The position numbers and the translations under genes were made by a program. Under the pieces are notes generated by a model, which was not told where the DNA came from, ran no database searches, and saw only the letters and a list, made by a program, of their open reading frames with translations. Positions 55,200 through 64,000 of a stretch of 64,000 nucleotides of DNA are shown here, piece after piece. Source of the DNA: Yuukianura sp. NJ FZ-2021 (Eukaryota); the NCBI GenBank assembly GCA_046563655.1, contig CM102286.1, forward strand, positions 12,586,001 to 12,650,000, in the 5' to 3' direction. Every line of letters starts with the position of its first letter. Position 1 is the stretch's first letter.

Positions 55200-55400
55200 A
55201 GAGACACGTTCGCAGCGTATTTCATTCTGGATACTACAATCGCTGGGCCCATGGACCAAGAGAAACGCTGAAACCAAAGGAAAATGGAGCAAGCACAACT
55301 CGTGAGAGTGTCCAATCCAAGACTTCGAGCTCCACTTGAGCTACCATTCCGTGGTTTTTGTAAGGCCTGGAAAACAGCACAGCCTACAACCATGCAGAGA
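55200..55400 (+). mobile_element. Decayed Ty3/Gypsy-like RNase H C-terminal relic
   Basis: One frame with a stop: LQSLGPWTKRNAETKGKWSKHNS*ECPIQDFELHLSYHSVVFVRPGKQHS, similar to the consensus DHxSLxWL...xGRxARW...LQEFDF.I.YRPGKxHxNAD. Confidence 0.35.
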
Positions 55401-58400
55401 AAGTTTAGACGTCGGCACGTCATCATTCCTAGGCATATGTTACCATAAAATCAGTTTATCCCACTTGAACAGCCAGCACCACCACCAAGCACTTAAAGTG
55501 TGTCGTTTTCTTTATCTTCAATTTCCTATCGACGGAATAAGGAAACCATAATAGAAACAACAATCCAAAACTGAAGTTAAACCTATCCCTGCCTAACGTA
55601 CAGAAAAACCATTATGCTTTCAATCCTTTTCCTTCAATAAAATTTCAAAGTTAAATTCCAGTTTGAAGGGGGAAAGTGCAGTTTGGTCCCTCATAAAAGT
55701 GACAGTGGTGAAAGGAGGTGAGATTATTTACAGCCGTTGTAAACCTTGCACTTTTTTCTGTAACAAAACATAGTTACTGCTTATGGCCAATACATTTTTC
55801 GACAACAAAACTTTTCCAAAACAGAAAAAAAAACATGTTCAATTGAGTAAGGTATAATGCTGACGGAAGGACTTTCGCCTCCTTTCCGTATTTCACACGA
55901 CATTGGGCATTCCGTCGCAAGGCAACATCCTTCCTTTCAAGTTCAATTTGAAGTAGACGAAGCAAAAGAGAACCAAATTTCAAAGAAAAACGCGGGAAAA
56001 ATACGGCGAGAGAGCAGCAGAAGAACGGAAGAAGGTTTTGGAAACAGGGAAAATATTATTTTATCATTTCACTTTTTTCTGTGAAATGTTCCATGAGATA
56101 AAGGCTTATTGAATAATATTTTGACTAATACTTTCTCCCACCAAAACGCCTCATATTAACTTTCACTTTCAGCTTTCTACAAAAACTTCCTAAAATTGAT
56201 TCCCACTTTCTCAAATTTCCAAAGTTCTCCCCCAGAAAACGAAGAAGAAAAAGCAGCAAATTGCAGTCCTTGCGACCATCATTTTTCCAATTTCGGGGTT
56301 TCTTCCAAAGTTGACTCTCGTCCTAATTATGTTTGTTCCTAAGGGTAGAAAGTAAGTGGAAGTTATTAGACGACAAACACGCGGAAGCAGCGCCTGGGCT
56401 CATTCTAGCTTCCAACCTAACAATCTTGGTCTCCGAACGTTACTTTTGCTTCCTAGCTAAAACTCCAAGCACGACACACGAAACCAAGCGATGGAAAATA
56501 AGAACTCATGGCAATTCACCCCAGCAGCGTAACATAACCATAATGAGGTTTTCCGTAACCAGTGGGACGCAAGATCAGAGGGAACGGGGAATTTGGCAAA
56601 TGCCCTAAACCCTCCATTGTATCAGGTAGAACAAACGAATTTTTCCCCTTTCCCTAGGAGCATTATTATTACTAAACTTGCCTCCTTCAGAACCAGACAC
56701 AATACAAAATCATCTTCATGTAACTAATATCCTCTCCCCAAGGTGATCTTCCCTTTCCCCCTTCACCTTCATTATTCTCCAGCATCGGACGAAAAAAAGT
56801 GGGGGAAAATTCAATAAACGAAACATGCAGGACCAATATTCCGAATCTAACGAGAGGATTTGAGCCAGAACCAGGCACAAGTGGATGACTAACAGAACAA
56901 TTCATCGTCAGCGACACAGAACAGAAAAACCTACGCAACCCAAGAAAAAAAGTACCTGCAAAATCTCTTAATTAAAAGCACGCCAACTTCAATTTTCAAA
57001 AAAAAAAATCAAAAGAAGCAATTGAGCAAAAACAAAAGTCAACTTTGAGTAACAAAATCACACTGACGAGTAACAAAAGTGAAAATTTCCCTGAAAATCC
57101 CTCCTCATGACTCACATTTCACAAAAACTCAAAAGTCTTTCAGCCGAAACACCATGACTTATGAACTCTTTTCAAAAAAAGCCGCCTATCCTTCTGCTAA
57201 AATTGGAAATCAGTCACACAAAACCTAAAACTAATTCAAAATATCAAAAAACGAATTCCTACAGCATCCCAAGCAGGACACGGCCCAGATTTCACAAGTC
57301 ATCAACAAAAAATCAAAAATTTCCTGAAAATTCAATTGAAAATTGAAAAGCAAATTCCTACTCGATCTGCGACTGCCAAAGCATGGAGGTCACAGGTCAC
57401 TGCGTAACCCGCCTTTTCCTGACATTGACGACCTACGGACAGTATTTGTCCCACGTTGTTTGGTCTCTTGTGAGAGCCTTTTAAGTTGACAAAAGGATTT
57501 CATTTTCTTATTATTCCAGTCAACTCACGTCACGACTCGGGACATTCCGTCTGATTGACATTTTGATTGTACCAAGAAGAATTGCCTTTATTAAAACAGA
57601 GAACTTGTCCTTAGGTTTAAGCTAGTAAAGGCCGACAGGGAATTTTTGAAATAGACAATGGAGCAGAGGGGAGATGTTTCATTTCCATTTTTCCTTTGTT
57701 CCTCTCTTGTTCTGTGAGTACAACATAAACACGTACGAGTTCTATTTGGACACCTGCCTACCTATGTTCAGTGATACGTTTCACATCATTCCCACTCAGG
57801 AACACAGAGGAGCTTGACCTTTCAATTAACTTTTTACGTCGAGGTCAAAATATTGTTTAGAGGTCAATATCTGCGCAGTAGATCTGGAATCTAGTCCAAA
57901 AACATGGTCCAATCACGTCAATTCCTGACACTTATTCATTCATTTTAACTTCACCATCTCTCAACTCCGAAAATTACAAATGAACTGGTTTCCTTTTTTT
58001 TAAATTGAAAATCTACATTTAAAAGCACTTTTGAGTTCACTCAACTTCAAATCCTAAGAAATAAGAGTGAGAAACTCCATAAAATTCTTCCAACAACAAA
58101 ATAAATTATCGAGCAGTTCGATTTTTCAAGTCTAATCAATCGATCTCCTCCGAGTGGCGTTTGACAAGTACAAAGTATTGAATAAGACATTTCCATCCTA
58201 CAATTTCCTACGATCGCGTACATCTTAGAACCACTTCACCTTCTAACAAGCCAATTGGTCACACGGGAAAACCAAGTTCCCAGCAGTTGCTAGGCAACAA
58301 GATCCATGATACTTGTCAAGTCAAAGCTTATACCCAATTCTGTCTCTCGAGTTAAGACAGGATCATTAGTTCAAGTCCAACTCAATTGTCTTGCCACTTC

Positions 58401-59873
58401 ATCAAAGCAAAGAACATAAGCATAAGCACTTCAAATAGCCTAACAATGGGCACTTCAGGCCAAGTACTTACCCAAAATATCTGGATCCTTGTTCACACTT
58501 TCAGAAATTTGTCACTCTATCTTGTCCAGTCCGTTTTTCTTCCATGACAAAAGTTACCTCTATTTTAACTCAATTTTCAAAATCCTCCTGAGACTTTGGC
58601 TCGCTCTGCAAGAAACAGATAAAATATACCATTAGTTTTAGACATTCAAGTCCAAAAGATTCAACTTTCCAAAAAAAGAAAAAAAAAAGAATCAAAAAAG
58701 AGGAAAATTCTAGAAAAAGAAAAATTCTTTCAACAACTCCGAAATCTGTGCCCAACGGTAAAAAAAAAACTCAAAAACATGCAAGAATCCGAATCAAAAG
58801 CGACACACGAAAATTTTGTTTCTCTTCAAATATATCCTGCACAAGTTTTCCATTCTCTGAAAAAACACTTTTTACTTTCTCTATTGCTTACAAAAAGCAA
58901 TTCTTTCCACTGCTAAAAACCTTTTCTACCATCGGGAAAAAAGACGTGATATAATGACAAAGCCCTGCTCATTGGGCATGAAAGAAAGACATCTTAGGGA
59001 AAGACGTCTCGACAGACGGAAGAAATAAAGAGACAAGGCTACCCGCAGTTTCCTGGACTTGGACTCTGTTTCACCAGCATTCACAGGAATACTGCCAGTA
59101 CTCCCAGTCTCCGTCCCATTTCAAAGTAAAATGGTAAAATTCTGAATTCAATATAAAGATACAAACAGAAACCTTACTGCGTCCTACCTCCCCAGCAATC
59201 TTTCTTCTCAATTCCCCTAAATTTCTCCTAAAAAGTGAAACAGTGAAAGCAGCATCCAAGTCTCCAAAAAAGAGAAAGGACATAAAGGAAAGGCACAAAA
59301 AAAAACGTTGGCTTTGGCACCGAGAGAACCAAAAAGTTTCCAGACGATATTCCACGGAACGGTGGAAAATGCCGTTTTTGCTTTGCTTTTGTTTTATTCA
59401 ACTGGTCCCTAGTTTATCCAGTTTTTGAAGAGAGATTTCCCGTGGTATAATCCTTATCTTCCCTCCTTCCAAAAAGTTCTATTAAGTTTTAGACTGGAAG
59501 CATCGTTTTATTCATCCCAAGTCACTGCGGAACCTCTCCTCTGGAAACACAACGATCAAAGCAACATTTCAAACTCCCTTTCTCTCCCATTAACCACCGC
59601 CAGTACACTTTTCAGTTTTCCACAAAATTTCTCGTGATGGAAACTCACCGATCCAGAAGTACCTAGAAGCTAAGAGTATCCGCAGGATTAAAACGTAAAG
59701 TTACCGCTGTGAACTTCAAAAACTTTTCCCTTGAGACCAGACAATGTCAAAGAAAGGAGACAATTAAGGTCTCTTCGTTTCACCCTTCGCCTTCTAAATG
59801 ACCCCGTGTCACTTCTCCCCTACTTCAAAAAACCAACCTCAACAACCCTCCGCTTCCTCAACATCAATTTAAA

Positions 59874-60150
59874 CTAAAGTGTTTAAAATATCCTCGCTTC
59901 ATTCGTAGTTTCTTGCAAAGTGCAGTGCAGTTATGCAGTCGGAGGGAGTAACTATTCTATTCTAAAGTGTGTAAAATATTCCCACTTCCTTCCTAGTTTC
60001 TTAAAGTGCAGCGTGGTTGGAGGGAGTAACTATTCTAAAATGATTGAAATATTCCCACTTTCATTCTAGTCTCTCACAAAGTGCAGTGCAGTTATGCAGT
60101 TGGAGGGAGTAACTATTCCAATTTCAAATCTTCCCTTCTCCGTAGTTTAA
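59874..60150. repeat. Degenerate tandem repeat, ~80-bp unit, 3 copies plus a partial fourth
   Basis: Unit is approximately CTAAAGTG..TAAAATATTCCCACTT..TAGTTTC..AAAGTGCAG(TGCAGTTATGCAG)TTGGAGGGAGTAACTATTC. The invariant GGAGGGAGTAACTATTC lies at 59941, 60019 and 60102. Confidence 0.9.
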
Positions 60151-61526
60151 GTTTTTGAACGCATCTTCTAGATTACTTTCCGCCCTTTGACAATTTCCAT
60201 TATTTCGAATCCTCCTCGTTAAGGAACAAGCAAGGAGGTTTCACCAGAACATAGACTGTCTGTTCCAATTGACAATTTAGCACGTTCATTGAAAATGATA
60301 GGGAGAGGCACATGGTACAAAAAACAAGAGTTGGTTGAAAAAAAGAAGAAAAAGTTGTTTTAAAAAAAGCGAAAACGTTGTGCTGTATTTGCCTGGTTTG
60401 ATGGATTGCTAACAAAGACGAAGAACATCACCCAGCCAAAGTCAATACGTGCCTCCGCACTTCTTTCAAAAACGAAAAAAAAAACATGTGACTTTATTTC
60501 GTTTTTCAGCTCTTCTCTAGTTTCCATTTCCAAAATTGGATGCTTGATTCTTACAACTTTAACTTTTAGATTCACCAAATTCCAAGTTTCCCACAATTTC
60601 AAAATCGTTTATGCTTTCTAATGCATACAAATGTACTTCTTTTCTCTTTTTTGTTTTGAAATTCAAAGAATATTTGAACTCCAAGTAAGAAATCGTTTGA
60701 AATTTAAAGTTTCTGTGGTACAAATGAGCGTGTCCATTACATTCACCGTTTATCTCAGAACTATTATTATCCTCATCATCTTCCAAAAAGACGCTTGTAA
60801 CAGTTTCTATTTCAAGTTCTACTCTTAAGTCTGAGTCCGAGAGAATAAAATTATTAGTTTAATGGCTCAATCATATTACTCTCCTCCCCAGAGCCCTCTT
60901 TCCCCACTTCCCCTGTTCAAGTCAACCAACCCTACACAAATGTACCCATGAATTAAAACGCTAATGAACCCGCATTCCGGTGCTCCTCGCTACACAACTA
61001 CTCTCAACAAAATGAAATATTGGAATCACTTGGACTACTCCAGAGAGACACACAGTTTTAGTATGTGGGTTAGCAGGAATAGGAGGGCCAGAACAGACTC
61101 CATTTTGAGACATCTCACACATTTCCTGCCATTAAAACTTCATTTCGCTTGGTTTCATTTCCATTGTCTTGTTAATGTTCGTTCAATTTCTACCTTCAGC
61201 CTAATACTTTCCTCTGTACTTTTCCCTGTGCGTCCAAGTTAGGTTAGGTTCTGAGCTAAGCTTAAAGTTGCGTGAAAGGTTCGAGACAGATTTTCATGAC
61301 ACTGCTCAACGCCACCACAAACCTCAAGAACATCCACTTCCACCTTAATTAACTCCATTTCCAAAGAGTAGCAACATAACAAGATCTGAGCCACCAGACG
61401 ATGACTCCTAGAAAGCACGCTTTCACTTTTCTGGAAACATTCAAGTGCCATGCGGTTACATTTAAACTTCCAAAGACCAAACAACTGCCAAAATCCTCTC
61501 AAAATACATACAAAAACTGTTTGTTT

Positions 61527-61643
61527 ATCAAAAACTCGGATCTAAGCTTCAAATTCATAACCAAAATCGGCTTCTTTGAAATTTGTAATCAAACTCGGCT
61601 TCTTTTCAACTTTAAGACCAATCAGCTCCTAATCTTCTAAATC
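61527..61643. repeat. Degenerate minisatellite, ~28-33-bp unit, about 4 copies
   Basis: ATCAAAAACTCGGATCT.. / ACCAAAATCGGCTTCTTTGAAATT.. / ATCAAACTCGGCTTCTTTTCAACTT.. / ACCAATCAGCTCCT.. Confidence 0.6.
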
Positions 61644-62491
61644 TTTTACAGCAAAAGGAAGAGTTTCACTCGTCAATATTAATGTTTCAGCCTTTTAATG
61701 TGCTAAACACAAAGAGAAAGTAAAAAGACAACTTAGAAAGCCCAACTCTTGTGAAGTCCAAGAGAAATTGGTAAAGCCAGATCATTAAAGCAGAGAGCTC
61801 TTGAGGCTCATCTTCATTTTGAAAATCTTCACAAAAAGACCGCGGCAGTTCCCTGCCAGAAAATCTGTTACGCACTTTTTCTTTATAACCGACTCAAATT
61901 ACTCCAACTTTCTCCCGTTCCATTTCCACTCCGAAAAAGAAAGAACTTCAAGTCAGTTTCGGAAGAACTAAAGTCAGTTTCCTCAGTCTCGCTAGACAAA
62001 AAAAAGCCATTGCAAAAGTCTTCCCGCCCGACTTTCTCTTTAAAAAAGAAAAACCGTAACAGTGCCTCTTTTGTGGCTCTTTTGAGAGAAAAAAGCACAA
62101 GTGAAGTGCGTCAGTTGGTTCCGTATTAGTCTCCAACAGGGTTCAAGTTGTATAAAACATTTTATCGGAGATCAATTACGGACCGCAGCAGTTTTCTAGA
62201 GGAAAAAGTAGAAAAGCAGAAGCCACACACCAGAGGATCTAGTCAAGTCGGAAGTTACATCCCAATCCATATGGATACATGGACACTCTAGGGATTTGAC
62301 CTCAAGCAGATTGCTTCCTCTTCCTTTTCTCTCTAGTCTCTAATCCGGGTAACACCGAAAACTGGAAAACAAAAGACTCCGAAGCAGCCTCCACTGGATT
62401 TTAACGAGGCTTTGCTAGTTCTCTCATCGTTTTCCCTGAGAATTCTATCAGAGAATTCCAGAGAGAAAACAGCTATAATTTCACTCTTTAG

Positions 62492-62512
62492 TTTAGGTTA
62501 GCCTAACCTAAA
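62492..62512. repeat. TTAGG/CCTAA-based palindrome
   Basis: TTTAGGTTAG C CTAACCTAAA, 10-bp arms. Confidence 0.8.
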
Positions 62513-64000
62513 ACTATAGTCGCTGGTGAACCAGATGGAAATTCTAATCGCTCTGAAGTGTTTATGCCCATCCATTTACGAACTGCTGATTTACTCTGGC
62601 AATTTAACCAACTCTCCACTTTCGGTGCTTATCTCCCAATGCCAGGGAAAATTAATTTCTAGGGGGATTAGGGAAAACTAAGCACAAGTAATTAGCACAT
62701 TGCGTGAGGGGGTGCTTGGGGTCCTGTCCTGGAGGGCCCTTATGTACAAAGTAAGTGCTCTCCAAGTGCCCACCACCTGGAATACACCACTTCGTCCTTA
62801 TTTAGCACCACCGCTGCCACCTCATAAATTTAGCACGATTTGCAACACTTCCAAGCTGACACCGCACATACTCAGAGTGTGAAAAATTCGCACAATGTGC
62901 AAAAAAGTTTTTATAGTAACACCTTTGCCTACCCCGATTCCTCCCAAACCCAAACCCTATGTACTCTAGCAAAAAAAAAACAACTTAGATCCACCTTTTC
63001 ATTCTAAAAATGCGAAGAAATATAGAACAGAAATTCCGCATTACTACAAATAGAATCCAGCACATTTTCGCAGTATTTCGCAAATTCCATCCTCGTAGTT
63101 AAAAGGTTCTTGGCCTTTGGATTTTAGTGACACGTTCCTTTGTGTCGGAAGATGAATGAGGGAAGTGGAAATGAAGAAATATCGGGACACTTGATGAAAA
63201 ATATGAGGACTTCGGATGATATAGGGAGACATTCCCGTTGTTTAGAACGCTGGAAGCGGCAAAAGCCTTGTTGCCTCTCAAATCTCTAAGAAAACCAATA
63301 AGAAAGGGCTTCAGGAGCAACGGAGTTTAGAACATAATATTGAAATATTGCCACCAGTGTCAGTTCTGCATATTTCTGCCGCCTTTAACACTTCTAAAGA
63401 AAATGTCGAGGGCACGAAAAGTTTCAAAAATTCTAAATATATTCCTGATCAACTTAAATTCAGCAACAGAAAAACACAAAAGGCACGGCTGCTTTCTCCA
63501 AGAAAAAAAATATAGCGCTCAAAATGCTTATGTTTTTTCGACTGAAAAATATCACTTGGAACTTTTGATTTTCAAATGCTCAAGAGAGCAAAGGTGAAAG
63601 CAAGAGAAGAAGGCCAACTTTTTTCGTTCAAAATTTCAAAGAAAGCGGGGGAATATTTGAAAAGTAAAATTAGATGAACCAAATAAGAAAAGAGATGGAT
63701 TTCGTTTCATCAAGAGCAGAAGAAAAATCAATTTGAGTGGCACAGATGATGTCGTTTTCAAAATTTCTCTACTTTCCCCCTCAAAATGAAAAGTTCTTTG
63801 ATTAACTCCCTGTCACCAGAAGGTGTTGGAAGATTTTCGTATTTCTAAAAGTGAAAAGTTTTGGTAATAAAAGAATTTCAGTGAAAAAAAGTGTGTACAT
63901 AAGGGTTCAAAGCAATTATAAGCTCTGAATATTTATGATTTCGAAACAGACAAGAAGAGCTCTATCTCAGCTCTTTCCCGCTTTTCAATTTAGCAAGTAA

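Noticed and set aside
59874..60150. CRISPR-like appearance (17-nt identical repeats about 80 nt apart)
   Set aside because: The intervening segments are homologous to each other, the context is eukaryotic and there are no cas genes; it is a tandem repeat.
15..63597. The remaining short ORFs in the six-frame track
   Set aside because: 60-130 aa, mostly non-ATG starts, F/K/S/L-biased from A/T runs; expected by chance in intronic DNA.

Overview
AT-rich, gene-poor eukaryotic (animal, probably arthropod-like protostome) DNA; almost all listed ORFs are spurious. Two real genes are supported. (1) On the minus strand, the 5' part of a class-2 semaphorin (Sema2a/2b-like): a signal-peptide exon (38467-38557) spliced across an apparent 36.3-kb intron to an 88-nt exon (2079-2166) encoding the start of the Sema domain. 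The rest of this gene lies left of the window. (2) On the plus strand, a complete two-exon gene (43975-44148 + 44253-44822, 247 aa). Its product resembles the bacterial heme-oxygenase-like diiron oxidase (HDO) AetD, the nitrile synthase of cyanobacterial aetokthonotoxin biosynthesis. All six putative iron ligands are intact, and it has a GT-AG intron and a poly(A) signal. It is the standout finding: a candidate horizontally acquired, domesticated diiron enzyme in an animal genome, antisense to and probably nested in the 5' region of the semaphorin gene. The remainder is intronic or intergenic, with heavily decayed transposon relics, a ~80-bp tandem array carrying a dispersed GGAGGGAGTAACTATT motif, TTAGG-based palindromes and one long hairpin. 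Homology calls come from recalled sequences, not database searches.
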